Shown here: in pieces, positions 38,650 through 48,579 of the stretch
How positions within the stretch are numbered: the stretch's first letter is position 1
How the letters are laid out: each line of letters opens with the position of its first letter
Origin: a bacterium
GTDB lineage: Bacteria; UBA8248
Length of the DNA: 64,000 bases
Assembly: GCA_965219955.1 (NCBI GenBank)
Contig: OZ244799.1
Location: 2,048,001 to 2,112,000, forward strand
Direction: 5' to 3'
Made by a program: the position numbers and the translations under genes
The notes under the pieces: model-generated
The model's database searches: none
The model's input: the letters and a program-made list of their open reading frames with translations, nothing else
Told to the model about the DNA's origin: nothing

Positions 38650-38832
38650 CTCATGCCCTCACAGATAAGAGAAAATATCTCAAGATGAAATCAGGGAGAG
38701 GCGCGTCCTCTTCCCTCCCCGATGATTTACACCCTCGTCTTCATAAAGGGCAAGCCGCCCCTTCCCCGCGGGCGCCTCATGCGCTCGCAATAAGCTGTGG
38801 TATCATGCCGAAAAACCAGGGAGACGCACGGA

Positions 38833-39249
38833 ATGAATCCCGAGGATCAGACAATTGCCTGCTTGCTCGCTGAGGCCGAGACCATCGCCGTGGTCGGCCT
38901 CTCGGACGACCCTTCGCGAACGAGCCACCGGATCGCCGCCTATATGCAGGAGGCGGGCTACCGGGTCATCCCGATAAATCCCAGAATCGAATCCGCCCTC
39001 GGGGAGAAGGCCTACCCGAGCCTGAGCGAGGTCGCCGGGCGCGTCGACATCGTGAACGTCTTCAGGCGTTCGGAGGAGATACCCGCCCTGGTGGATGAGG
39101 CGATAGAGAAGCGCCCGCGCGCGTTCTGGATGCAAAAGGGCATCTCAAATCCCGCCTCCGCGCGCCGTCTGGAAGATGCGGGCGTCACGACGATCCAGAA
39201 CCTCTGCATCAAGACCGCCCACCGGGAACTCGCCCAAACCCCTCGATGA
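38833..39249 (+). CDS. CoA-binding protein (YccU-like)
   Basis: IAVVGLS, GY.VIPINP, VD.VNVFR, WMQ.G. Confidence 0.9.
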   Translation: MNPEDQTIACLLAEAETIAVVGLSDDPSRTSHRIAAYMQEAGYRVIPINPRIESALGEKAYPSLSEVAGRVDIVNVFRRSEEIPALVDEAIEKRPRAFWMQKGISNPASARRLEDAGVTTIQNLCIKTAHRELAQTPR

Positions 39250-40093
39250 GAATGGTCCGCTGCGAATCTCGCAAAAACTCCACCGCTACCTGCTCCTCGG
39301 CGCAGGCGCTTTGCTGGTCGTGGGAATGTTCGGGCTATTAGAGAATTTCCTGCTCTACCACCCCTTCCGGGAAATCGAGGTGACGCCCCGAAACTACGGC
39401 GTCGCTTACGAGAACGTCTCCTTCAGCGCCGCAGACGGCGTGCGCCTGCACGGCTGGTACGTCGCGCCGAAAGACCCGGACGGCCCGGTTCTCCTGTGGG
39501 CGCACGGCAACGCGGGCAACCTCTCCCACCGCGCGGAGAACATCGCGCTCATCCAAAAAGAACTCGGCGCCGGGGTCTTCATCTTCGACTACCGGGGTTA
39601 CGGCAAGAGCGAGGGCAGGCCGGGCGAAGAGGGCCTCTACGCCGACGGCAGGGCCGCGTACGCCTGGCTCGCCGAGCGCGTGCCGCACGAGCGCATTTTT
39701 CTCTTCGGCCGCTCGCTGGGCGGGGCCGTGGTGGTGAAGCTCGCCGCGGAAGGAAAGAAAGCGCGCGGCCTGATTCTCGAAAGCCCCTTCGAGAGCACCC
39801 TCGCCATGGGGAAGAAGATGTTCCCCTTCCTGCCGGTGGGCTGGCTCATCTCTTCCAAATTCGACAGCGCGGCCATGATCCCGAAAGTGGAGACCCCCCT
39901 GTTCGTCCTGCACGGCGATAAGGACGGTATCGTCCCCTTCGATCAAGGGAGACGGCTCTACGAATTGGCCGGCTCGCCGCACAAGCGGTTTTTCACCATC
40001 AAGGGGGCGGGCCACAACGACACGTATTACACGGGGGGTGCGCCCTACTGGGCGGCGTGGCGGGATTTTCTAACCAATCCCGAGTCAGGGTGA
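39176..40093 (+). CDS. Membrane-anchored alpha/beta hydrolase (ABHD13/YfhR-like); start uncertain
   Basis: HGNAGN, DYRGYG.SEG, GRSLGG, HGD.D, GAGHND. Confidence 0.85.
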   Translation: MRASRRSRTSASRPPTGNSPKPLDENGPLRISQKLHRYLLLGAGALLVVGMFGLLENFLLYHPFREIEVTPRNYGVAYENVSFSAADGVRLHGWYVAPKDPDGPVLLWAHGNAGNLSHRAENIALIQKELGAGVFIFDYRGYGKSEGRPGEEGLYADGRAAYAWLAERVPHERIFLFGRSLGGAVVVKLAAEGKKARGLILESPFESTLAMGKKMFPFLPVGWLISSKFDSAAMIPKVETPLFVLHGDKDGIVPFDQGRRLYELAGSPHKRFFTIKGAGHNDTYYTGGAPYWAAWRDFLTNPESG

Positions 40094-40891
40094 ATCCGGA
40101 GTCGGCTCCGTCTTTCCGGCTTTGCGCCTCGCCCGGAACTCCCGCAGCAGTCTTTCATGGTGCACGCTCGTGAAGAAACTCTCAACGAAAGCGTCCACCG
40201 GATGGTTGATGAGGTTCTCCGGCGTGTCGACCTGGACGATCACGCCGTCGCGCATCACGGCGATCCTGTCGGCGATCTGAAACGCATCCGTTAAATCGTG
40301 CGTCACGAGCAGGCTGATCGCCCCGATCTCGTCGTGCACCCTCCTCAGTTCTTTCCGGACCTCGAGCCTCGCGACCGGATCGATGTTCGCCAGGGGTTCA
40401 TCCAGGAGAAAAACCCGGGGGGGTATGGCGATGGCGCGGCCGATGGCGACTTTTTGCTGCTGGCCCGCGCTCAGGCTGTCCGGTCGGCGGCGGGACCATT
40501 TTTTGCTGATCCCCAGACGCCGCATCACGTCCTGGGCGCGCTCGTTCAGGATGCCCGGCAGCCAGCGGCGGATTTTGAGCGCGAAGCCCAGGTTCGAGTA
40601 TTTCTTCTCGTCGAAAACCTTCATGTGCGGCCAGAGGGCGTAGCTCTGGAACACGAGCTGCACCCCGCGCCGCCCGGGCGGAATGCCGTTCAGCCGCACG
40701 CCGTCGAGATAAATGTGGCCGCCGTCTTCATCCTCCACGCCGGCGACGAGGCGCAAGAGCGTCGATTTGCCGCAACCCGTGGGGCCGACGAGCACCATGA
40801 ACTCCCGGTCTTCGAGCGCCAGGGAGAGGTTGTCGATCGCGCAAACGTCGTCAAAGCTTTTCCTGAGTCCTGAAATCGTCAGACGGCTCAT
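40085..40891 (-). CDS. ABC transporter ATP-binding protein (MalK-like, short)
   Basis: GPTGCGKST, LSAGQQQ, LLDEP, VTHD. Confidence 0.9.
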   Translation of the reverse strand: MSRLTISGLRKSFDDVCAIDNLSLALEDREFMVLVGPTGCGKSTLLRLVAGVEDEDGGHIYLDGVRLNGIPPGRRGVQLVFQSYALWPHMKVFDEKKYSNLGFALKIRRWLPGILNERAQDVMRRLGISKKWSRRRPDSLSAGQQQKVAIGRAIAIPPRVFLLDEPLANIDPVARLEVRKELRRVHDEIGAISLLVTHDLTDAFQIADRIAVMRDGVIVQVDTPENLINHPVDAFVESFFTSVHHERLLREFRARRKAGKTEPTPDSP

Positions 40892-40908
40892 GCTTCTCTC
40901 CGGCTCTT

Positions 40909-41253
40909 TCAGTCTTTAGGCGCGAGTTCGTTCAGCTTCTCGACGCCGGGGGTGAAGATCTCCTCCAGAACGAGCGGCCCGTCGCCCGCGTTGCGCGTGG
41001 AGTGCTCCTGGTTCGGCGGAAAAACCACGACGCCGCCCGGCCCGAGGACCACCTCTTTCCCGCCGCACGCGAACCTCGCCGTGCCTTCGAGCACGATCGT
41101 CATCTGCTCGTTGGGGTGCGAATGGGGATTGTACATATCCACGCCGGCGTGAATCGTCTGGCGAAGCACGGTCAGCTTCTCGCCCGCCACCACGCGCTGA
41201 ATCCTCTCGCCGGTATCGTGCGCTTCCATCTCCTCGAAATTGTAATATTTCAC
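40909..41253 (-). CDS. Cupin domain protein
   Basis: HSHPNEQ...EG...PPNQEH cupin motifs; GTG start after GGAG. Confidence 0.85.
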   Translation of the reverse strand: MKYYNFEEMEAHDTGERIQRVVAGEKLTVLRQTIHAGVDMYNPHSHPNEQMTIVLEGTARFACGGKEVVLGPGGVVVFPPNQEHSTRNAGDGPLVLEEIFTPGVEKLNELAPKD

Positions 41254-41400
41254 GTTCTTCTCCACCCGAATGGATAAAACTTTACGGAAACCTGGACTGC
41301 AGGGCGGCATAGGCACCCGACTCATCGTATAGAAGTATTTGCATCCGCTCAAACCTTCTCCTAAAGTGTTCACACGCCGTCTTTTGCCTAGGAGACCCCC

Positions 41401-41925
41401 ATGAAGCGAACACTCATCTGCATCATCGCCATCGCCGCTCTCGCCGTGTTCTGGACGTTCTACCAGGCGGGCGCATCGGGACTCGGGCCCGGCGCGCAAG
41501 CGCCCGAACTCAAGGGCGGGCCCTGGATTGGCGGAGAGCCCGTGAAGCTCGCCGATCTGCGCGGCAAGGTCGTTCTCCTCGACATGTGGACGTTCGCCTG
41601 AATCAATTGCGTGCGGGAGATCCCCACGCTGCGTTCGTGGCACGAGCGCTATGAAGACAAGGGGCTGGTCATCATCGGAAACCACGCGCCCGAGTTCAAC
41701 TTCGACAGGAAAAAAGAAAACGTGAAAGAAGCCATGGCCAAGCTCGGCATCAAATACCGCGTCGTGCTGGACAACGACTTCACCAACTGGGACGCCTTTC
41801 AGAATCGCTTCTGGCCGACGAAATACCTGATCGACAAGAAAGGGATCGTGCGCTTCAAGACGATCGGCGAGGGCAACCACCAGCGCACCGAGGCGATGAT
41901 CATGAAGCTGCTCGCCGAAAAATGA
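41401..41925 (+). CDS. TlpA/DipZ-like exported thioredoxin, probable selenoprotein (UGA 41599-41601, U-I-N-C), 174 aa
   Basis: Two track ORFs join in frame: LRGKVVLLDMWTFA-U-INCVREIP...HAPEF...WPTKYLID...GEG. Matches the DipZ-type WTY.CINC motif; N-terminal signal/TM segment. Confidence 0.9.
41609..41629 (+). promoter_or_regulatory. Candidate SECIS hairpin
   Basis: GCGTG-C-GGG-AGAT-CCC-CACGC; loop G 18 nt after UGA. Confidence 0.6.
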
Positions 41926-42911
41926 TGGAAACAGAAGAAACGTCGCAACCGGAGAACGCTCCCGTATATCCATATTCGTCATTGCTTAGAATCACCCACT
42001 GGCTGAACGTGCCCCTCCTGCTCCTGATGATGGCGAGCGGGTTTCAGATATGGTGGGCGTACCCCGCCTTCGGGCCGGACAGGCCCAACCCCGAAGCCGT
42101 CTACGAAGCGCTGCGGGGATCGGAAACCCAAGCCGACCCGCGCGCCATCAACCTGGGCGCAGACTACAGGGTTTTCGTCCAGGGCCTCACGAAAACCTTC
42201 GGCATCGGCGAGTGGCTCGCGGGCGCGCTGCGCTGGCACTTCGCCCTCATGTGGCCCTACACCATCAACGGGCTGATCTTCCTGCTCCTGCTCCTGTTGA
42301 CGGAAGAAGGGAGGCACTACCGCATCACGCGGGCGGATTTCTCCGGCGCGAAAGAGATGCTGCTTCATCCGATAAAAACCTTCCATCATCCCCCCGGAGA
42401 GGGGAAATTCAACCCCATTCAAAAACTTGCGTACAACGTCGTCATACTGGCCGGTGTGCTCACCGTCCTGACGGGCCTCGCCATTTTGAAGCCCGTCCAG
42501 CTCGGTTGGCTGACCCGGCTTTTGGGGGGCTACCAGTCGAGCCGGTTCCTGCATTTTCTGGTGATGCTGTTCCTGGTCGTCTTCATGATCGGCCATTTCC
42601 TGATGGTGATATCCCACGGATGGCGGCGAGGACTCGCGCCCATGATCGTCGGGATCAAGGCGGAGCGCGACGCCTTTCGGGCCAGGCAACGGCAATTCGC
42701 CCGAAAACTCGGGCGCGCCGCCGAGGAGGCGGCGATCCTCGTGCTCGCCTTCTGGCTCGGAAACCTCGTTGCGGATATGATGAATGCGGTCTTGGGCGGT
42801 GAGGCTCAGGGCCTTTGGTTCGGCGCGCCGGGTTATCTCCTGGTCCGGTTTGGTTTCATGCGCGGACGGCGCGTCGGGGATTTTTGGCGCAAGGCGAGAA
42901 CAGGAAGCTGA
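41922..42911 (+). CDS. Cytochrome b/b6-domain membrane protein with extra C-terminal helices
   Basis: RITHWLN, RWHF, KFNPIQKLAY, RFLHF, GH heme-ligand motifs; ATGA overlap with the upstream gene. Confidence 0.88.
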   Translation: MMETEETSQPENAPVYPYSSLLRITHWLNVPLLLLMMASGFQIWWAYPAFGPDRPNPEAVYEALRGSETQADPRAINLGADYRVFVQGLTKTFGIGEWLAGALRWHFALMWPYTINGLIFLLLLLLTEEGRHYRITRADFSGAKEMLLHPIKTFHHPPGEGKFNPIQKLAYNVVILAGVLTVLTGLAILKPVQLGWLTRLLGGYQSSRFLHFLVMLFLVVFMIGHFLMVISHGWRRGLAPMIVGIKAERDAFRARQRQFARKLGRAAEEAAILVLAFWLGNLVADMMNAVLGGEAQGLWFGAPGYLLVRFGFMRGRRVGDFWRKARTGS

Positions 42912-42914
42912 GGG

Positions 42915-43208
42915 ATGGGCACCGAAGAACGAACCGAATTCGTATTGCCGACCAGGCTGGCCAGGCGCAGGCTTTTCGCCGGCAGGCTGGTATTGGGCGT
43001 CGTCTGCATCAACGCCGCTCTGGCCTTGATCGCCGCTTATCTCCTGAGCGGGCCGATGGCCTGGATAACGCGCTTCCAGTTCGGGTTTCTGACGTGGGCC
43101 TGCATCTTGTATCCGACCTCTCTCGTCCTGGCCGTCCCGATCATCGCGCCCATCGTCATCAGGGTGCTGAAGCCGCCGCCTGAGGAGAACACCGGAGAGC
43201 GCAAATGA
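42915..43208 (+). CDS. Small membrane protein
   Basis: Two hydrophobic helices; coupled within the operon. Confidence 0.7.
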   Translation: MGTEERTEFVLPTRLARRRLFAGRLVLGVVCINAALALIAAYLLSGPMAWITRFQFGFLTWACILYPTSLVLAVPIIAPIVIRVLKPPPEENTGERK

Positions 43209-44014
43209 AAAAAGGCGAAAAGCGAAACGTCTCCGGCGGGAACAAACCCACAGCTTCCCGGCGCGGATTCATGAAGATGCTTCTTGCCGCCGCCTCCGCC
43301 TTCATGGCCGGTTGCTCGCGCCTGAATGAAGAGCCCGGCGTGCAGGCCGTGCTGAGCTGGTTCGACCGCCTGAACCACAAGGTGGGTCTCATGACGGACA
43401 GCAACCACCGCCTGGCGCGCACCTACCCCCGAAGCGCCGTCCAGCCCGAACAGATGCGGCCCAACGGCTCGGTAGTCACGCCGAACTCCCGGATCATCGA
43501 GACCCCTCCCGAGGAGTGGAGCCTCGTCGTTGGGGAGGCCCATCTCAGAAACGGTCAGATGATGAAGCGCCACTGGGTGCGGGAATACACGCTTGCGCAG
43601 CTTCGCGGGATGCCCGTCCTCGAGCAGACCGTGGAGCACATCTGCGTCGAGGGCTGGAGCGCGATATGCCACTGGCGGGGGGTGCACCTCGCGCGCTTCA
43701 TCGAAATGCACAAGTTAAAACCCGAGAGCCGCTACGTGTTCTTCCTGTGCGACGACATGCTCGCCACGGCGAACGGGCACGAGCGCTACAGCGTGACGTT
43801 CGATCTCAAGCAGGCGATGCACCCGCAGAACGTCCTCGCGTATGAATACAACGGCGAGACGCTGCCCCCGGAACACGGCGCGCCGCTGCGCCTCGCCTCG
43901 CCCACGAACGTGGGCTGGAAGAGCGCGAAGTTCCTGCGCTACGTCTTCTTCACGAACGAGGACCTGGGCGGATTCTGGGAGAAGCAGGGCTACCCGCGCT
44001 ACTACGGCTTCTGA
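43205..44014 (+). CDS. Tat-exported molybdopterin oxidoreductase (MsrP/sulfite-oxidase family)
   Basis: SRRGFMK Tat motif; HICVEGWS, HPQ..LAY, HGAPLRL, GWKSAK, GGFWE..GY. Confidence 0.88.
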   Translation: MKKGEKRNVSGGNKPTASRRGFMKMLLAAASAFMAGCSRLNEEPGVQAVLSWFDRLNHKVGLMTDSNHRLARTYPRSAVQPEQMRPNGSVVTPNSRIIETPPEEWSLVVGEAHLRNGQMMKRHWVREYTLAQLRGMPVLEQTVEHICVEGWSAICHWRGVHLARFIEMHKLKPESRYVFFLCDDMLATANGHERYSVTFDLKQAMHPQNVLAYEYNGETLPPEHGAPLRLASPTNVGWKSAKFLRYVFFTNEDLGGFWEKQGYPRYYGF

Positions 44015-44189
44015 CGTTTCAGGGAGCCTCGACGAATTGCGCGGCCGCCAATCCGGCCCGATCTTCAAAGTAAATCTCACCTTCCGGGGTGTTGCCCCCC
44101 CTCCAAACAGGGAATGGATTTCTCAATCGACATTCCCTTGTGAATTGATTCCCGCCTTGAGAGTCACAGGCGACTGACTAAAGAGGAAG

Positions 44190-44840
44190 GACCACTCCCC
44201 CTTGAGGGGGCTGTTGAAAAAGCCCTCCTCAAAGGAGCAACCCCCCCTACCCCCCCTTGTCAGGGGGGTAAAAAAAGCAAACCTTCCACCGGTGGAGCGG
44301 GGTTTTGGTTCTTCTGGCCGCCGACAAGGGGTTTGGTTCTTCATACCCCCCTGACAAGGGCCTGTTGAAAAAGTCTTCCGCGAGGAGGGAGGGAATCCCG
44401 ATCATCGAATTGTTTGCCGTAGGGACAGGCCTCCGTGCCTGTCCTGACGAAGGACAACCACGGAGGGTTGTCCCTACAACCGCCAACCCTCCTTTATCGG
44501 ACTTTTTCAACAACCCCGACAAGGGGGGGTAGGGGGGGTTGGTTTTCAAGAAGCGAGCCTGCGCCGCCCGGGCTCGGGTTTTGGCCGTCATTCCGGCGAA
44601 AGCCGGAATCCATTTTCGCCTTTGTCTTTGGCCTTTCGCCCGGCCGTACTCTCTCCCGCCCTAGGAAGATACGGGCACCGCCATATATATCCGCCTCATC
44701 CGTTCCGAATTCGGGCGCGCAGCTCCCTCCCGCGAGGCGGAGCTAAATGCGAAAACGAAAGCAAAAATCATAAAATGGATTCCGGCTTTCGCCGGAATGA
44801 CGGTGGTTATCCCACATCGAGGGACTTTCCCGACAGCCCC
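44190..44840. repeat. REP/MITE mosaic cluster
   Basis: Nested TIRs, a GTAG REP pair and a CGTC REP pair (44586-44802). Confidence 0.8.
44358..44517. mobile_element. MITE (TSD GACAA) inserted in the loop of a CCCCCTGACAAGGGGG palindrome
   Basis: GGGCCTGTTGAAAAA ... TTTTTCAACAACCCC; GACAA at 44353-44357 and 44518-44522. Confidence 0.8.
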
Positions 44841-44904
44841 TCACCCGGAAAATTGACGCTTCGCCGGGGACTTCGAAAGCCGGCTTGCCCCCGATTTTAA
44901 CCCC

Positions 44905-44932
44905 TTGACACCGGTCTGACGTAAGATAGAAT
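44905..44932 (+). promoter_or_regulatory. Sigma70-type promoter for the TRAP operon
   Basis: TTGACA-N16-TAGAAT. Confidence 0.6.
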
Positions 44933-45057
44933 GAATCAGGGAAAACAAATCTTATCCAGAGAAATCACAGCGCAGGAGGTTACGGGGGCTCCTTATCAGC
45001 GAGGGAGAAGGATGCCCAAATTTGAGATTCGTCCAACTCGAAAGGAGGGAACTGCTG

Positions 45058-46119
45058 ATGACGATCAAGAAACTTACGACGATCGGGTTTATGATCTTTG
45101 CGCTGAGCGTCGCCCTGGTGGCGTCGGGTGTCGGCGAAGCGGACGCCGCGAAGCGCATACGCTGGAAAATGGCGAGTTGGTTCCCGAGCAAACTGACCCA
45201 GCTCGGCTCGATGGGCAAAGAAATGGTCGACCGTCTGGACAAGGTTTCGGGCGGCAACATCAAAATCAGGTTCTTCGAGCCCAACGCGCTGATCCCGGCC
45301 AAGGAGTGCTTCGACGCCGTTGCGAAGGGTTCGGTGGATGCGTGCTGGTCGACGCCCGGCTACTGGTACGGCAAGGAGCCGGCGCTCGCCATGTTCGCCG
45401 CCGTTCCCTTCGGACCCAGGGCAGGCGAATATATGGGCTGGATTTTCTACGGCGGCGGCATAGAGCTCTGGGATGCAATCTACAAGAAGCATGGCCTGAA
45501 ATCGCTGCCCTGCGGCGTCATCGCGCCCGAAGCGTCGGGCTGGTTCCGCAAGGAGATCAAGAGCATCGATGACCTGAAGGGCCTCAAGATGCGCTTCTTC
45601 GGCCTGGGCGCCAAGGTGATGGAGAAGGTGGGCGTATCGACCCAGCTCATCGCGGGCGGCGACATCTTCCCGGCGCTCGAGCGCGGCTCGATCGACGCGA
45701 CGGAATACTCGATGCCGGCGATCGACCTGAACCTCGGCTTCTACCAGGTGGCGAAGCACTACTACTTCCCCGGCTGGCACCAGCAGTCGACGGTCTTCGA
45801 ACTGTTGCTGAACAGAAAGAAGTGGGATGCGCTCAACGATACCCAGCGGGCGCAGATTGAGGTGTCGTGCGGCGACGCGTTCCGCCAGGGGCTCGCCGAG
45901 GGTGAGGCCATTCAGGGCAAGGCTCTGGTCGAACTCAAGAAGAAGGGCGTGACGATTCATCGCTGGCCCCAGTCCATCCTGGACACGCTGGAGAAGAAAT
46001 GGGCCGAAGTCGCCGCTGCCGACGCCGCGCGCGACGCGAACTTCAAGAAGGTATGGGAATCCTACAGCGCGTTCCGCAAGGAATACGCGGTATGGAAGGA
46101 CCTCGGATACTTAAGGTAA
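45058..46119 (+). CDS. TRAP transporter substrate-binding protein (DctP/TakP-like)
   Basis: Signal peptide; GWFRKEI.S..DLKGLKMR, YYFPGWHQ. Confidence 0.92.
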   Translation: MTIKKLTTIGFMIFALSVALVASGVGEADAAKRIRWKMASWFPSKLTQLGSMGKEMVDRLDKVSGGNIKIRFFEPNALIPAKECFDAVAKGSVDACWSTPGYWYGKEPALAMFAAVPFGPRAGEYMGWIFYGGGIELWDAIYKKHGLKSLPCGVIAPEASGWFRKEIKSIDDLKGLKMRFFGLGAKVMEKVGVSTQLIAGGDIFPALERGSIDATEYSMPAIDLNLGFYQVAKHYYFPGWHQQSTVFELLLNRKKWDALNDTQRAQIEVSCGDAFRQGLAEGEAIQGKALVELKKKGVTIHRWPQSILDTLEKKWAEVAAADAARDANFKKVWESYSAFRKEYAVWKDLGYLR

Positions 46120-46163
46120 TACCCATGTGACGGCGCTCAGCCGTCTCGCTTGAAAAACCCACG

Positions 46164-46203
46164 GGCGCCGGAACCGTAACGGTCACGGTTCCGGCGCCTT
46201 TTT
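46164..46203 (+). terminator. Terminator or stabilising hairpin after the TRAP binding-protein gene
   Basis: GGCGCCGGAACCGT-AACGGTC-ACGGTTCCGGCGCC-TTTTT. Confidence 0.75.
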
Positions 46204-46228
46204 CGCGTATGCTGCGCCGGGAAACCCA

Positions 46229-46810
46229 TTGATGCGGCAACTTTTTCGAATCCAAGAGTTTCTGGCCCGAATCGTGACTGGCGTCGGAAAGATCAGCGCT
46301 TGGCTCTCGATTCCGCTGATGGTCGTCATCATCTTCGACGTCGTGACCCGGCGCTTCCTGGTGCTGGGATCGACCAAGCTGCAGGAAGCCGAGTGGCACC
46401 TCCACGCGGTCCTGTTTCTGCTTTGCATCGGCTTCACCTATATCGAGGACGCCCACGTGCGTATCGATCTGCTCCGTGAGCGGTTGAGCACGCGCGCCAG
46501 GGACTGGGTCGAGCTCATCGGCTGCATCATCTTCGTGATCCCCTACTGCCTGATCGTCACCTATTTCGCCGAGGATTTCGTCGAAAGGTCCTGGGCCGTC
46601 GGCGAGGCCTCAGACTCCGCGACCGGCCTCCCCTACCGCTGGGCGATCAAGGCGGGTCTGCCGATAGGGCTCTTCGTCCTTCTTCTCTCTGGAATCACCG
46701 TTCTGCTGCGCAAGATCATCGAGTTGTTCGGCCCGGCGGACCTCCGCGAACTCCTCCCCCGGAAGGAAGAACGCGCGAGCGAACCGATCGACCGGATCGG
46801 GCAGAACTAG
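46229..46810 (+). CDS. TRAP small permease (DctQ-like)
   Basis: QEAEWHL, HVRIDL, four TM helices. Confidence 0.9.
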   Translation: MMRQLFRIQEFLARIVTGVGKISAWLSIPLMVVIIFDVVTRRFLVLGSTKLQEAEWHLHAVLFLLCIGFTYIEDAHVRIDLLRERLSTRARDWVELIGCIIFVIPYCLIVTYFAEDFVERSWAVGEASDSATGLPYRWAIKAGLPIGLFVLLLSGITVLLRKIIELFGPADLRELLPRKEERASEPIDRIGQN

Positions 46811-46822
46811 GGACGCCTGCGC

Positions 46823-48187
46823 ATGTTCTATATCGAGGACTACCTGCCGGCCTGCATGTTCATCACGCTGGCGATTCTCCTGTTCTCCGGCTTCCCGGTC
46901 GGGTTCGTTCTCGGCGGCGTGGGCCTCGCCTTCGGCTTCATCGGCATGTATTTCGAGGTCTTCTCCCAGGTCGAGTTCTTCAACCTCGTCCTCCGCATCT
47001 GGGGTTTCGCCGACAACCTCGTTCTCGTGGCGATCCCGATGTTCATCTTCATGGGGACGATGCTGGAACGCTCAGGCGTCGCCGCCAATCTGCTCTACTG
47101 CCTCCAGGTGGTGCTGCGGCGCACGCCGGGCGGGCTCGCGCTCGCCGTTACGGTCATGGGGACCATCCTCGCGGCGACGACCGGCATCATCGGCGCTTCG
47201 GTGGTGATGATCAGCCTGATGGCGCTGCCGGTCATGGTCGAGCGCGAGTACAACCTGGAGCTCGCAACCGGCACCATCGCCGCCTCGGGCACGCTCGGGA
47301 TCCTGATACCGCCCAGCATCATGCTGGTCATCATGGCCGACCTCCTCGGGCGCTCGGTGGGCACCCTGTTCGTCGCGGCCATCTTCCCCGGCCTGATACT
47401 GTCGGGGCTTTACTTCCTCTACATCTTCACGAGATGCGCCCTCAGACCCGAACTGGCGCCGCGCCTGCCCAAGGAGATGGGCCCGCAGACATCGGGTGAA
47501 CTGGCCCTGCTGCTGCTCAAGGGCCTGGTGCCGGCGGTGTTCCTGATCGTCCTTGTCCTGGGGTCGATAGTCGCCGGCTGGGCGACGCCCACCGAGGCGG
47601 CCGGCGTCGGCGCGGCCGGAGCGACTTTTCTCGCCATCGTCAACCGGCAGTTGACCTGGTCGGTTCTCAAAGACGTGGTCGAGCGCACCTCGCTCACCAA
47701 CGCGATGCTGTTCTTCATTTTCGTCGGGGCGACCGCCTTCTCCTACGTCTTCCGCTCGCTCGGCGGCGACGACTTCATCCAGGACGTGATTTACTCCGTG
47801 GGGACCAACCCCTGGTGGATCCTGATGATCCTGATGGCGGTGGTGTTCTTCCTCGGGTTCTTCTTCGACTGGATCGAGATCACGCTCATCGTGCTGCCCG
47901 TGTTCGCGCCGATCCTCGCCGAGCTGGATTTCGGCGACCACCTGCCCAAGAGCGAGGTCATCTACTGGTTCTCGATCCTGATGGCGGTCAACCTGCAGAC
48001 GTCGTTCCTCACGCCGCCGTTCGGCTTCGCGTTGTTCTATATGAAGGGCGTCGCGCCGCCACAGGTGCGCCTCCAGCAGATATACCGAGGGATCATCCCC
48101 TTCGTGATTCTCCAGCTCATCGGGCTGGGGCTGGTCATCGTCTTCCCCGAAATCGCCATGTGGCTGCCGAGGGTGCTGCTCGACTAG
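46823..48187 (+). CDS. TRAP large permease (DctM-like)
   Basis: AIPMFIFMG, GTLGILIPPSI, TPTEAA, TPPFGFALFY. Confidence 0.93.
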   Translation: MFYIEDYLPACMFITLAILLFSGFPVGFVLGGVGLAFGFIGMYFEVFSQVEFFNLVLRIWGFADNLVLVAIPMFIFMGTMLERSGVAANLLYCLQVVLRRTPGGLALAVTVMGTILAATTGIIGASVVMISLMALPVMVEREYNLELATGTIAASGTLGILIPPSIMLVIMADLLGRSVGTLFVAAIFPGLILSGLYFLYIFTRCALRPELAPRLPKEMGPQTSGELALLLLKGLVPAVFLIVLVLGSIVAGWATPTEAAGVGAAGATFLAIVNRQLTWSVLKDVVERTSLTNAMLFFIFVGATAFSYVFRSLGGDDFIQDVIYSVGTNPWWILMILMAVVFFLGFFFDWIEITLIVLPVFAPILAELDFGDHLPKSEVIYWFSILMAVNLQTSFLTPPFGFALFYMKGVAPPQVRLQQIYRGIIPFVILQLIGLGLVIVFPEIAMWLPRVLLD

Positions 48188-48579
48188 CGTATGGCCGCCT
48201 CCTCTGCTCCACACCCTGAACGCCTCACGAATCCAACGATTCACTGGAGATCCTGGCGTCTCGCCGCATGAACCGCGACGGATCATTTTTCTTCCCCCGG
48301 GCGGGCAATTTCTTTAGACTTGGGCTCTGACTCCCCGTCCCCACGGGGTTTCGGAGTCGCACCGCTACAGACAGGGGAGTTTCCCATGTTCGATGACCCT
48401 GTAACCTCTCCAGATACCGAAACGAAGCGGCTCCTTCGCTTCCCGCTGAAGTTCGTCGACCTCTCCGGCGCAACTTCTCCAATGCCACTCTCTCCGAAGC
48501 CCTCGGGCTTCCGCTCATCCCGCGTGGATACCGCCGCGACCTGCCGCCGTTTCGAAAAAACCAGACGGGGGGTCTACCG

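Noticed and set aside
3719-41925. Genome-wide UGA reassignment (Trp or Gly) as the explanation for the in-frame UGAs
   Set aside because: Many genes end properly at TGA, including coupled overlaps at 23324, 41922, 43205 and 52389. The internal UGAs fall only at catalytic Cys positions.
41401-41925. Pseudogene or two-gene reading of the split ORFs
   Set aside because: Four independent nonsense mutations all hitting the catalytic Cys, each followed by a hairpin, is much less likely than Sec recoding, though not excluded without the sel genes.
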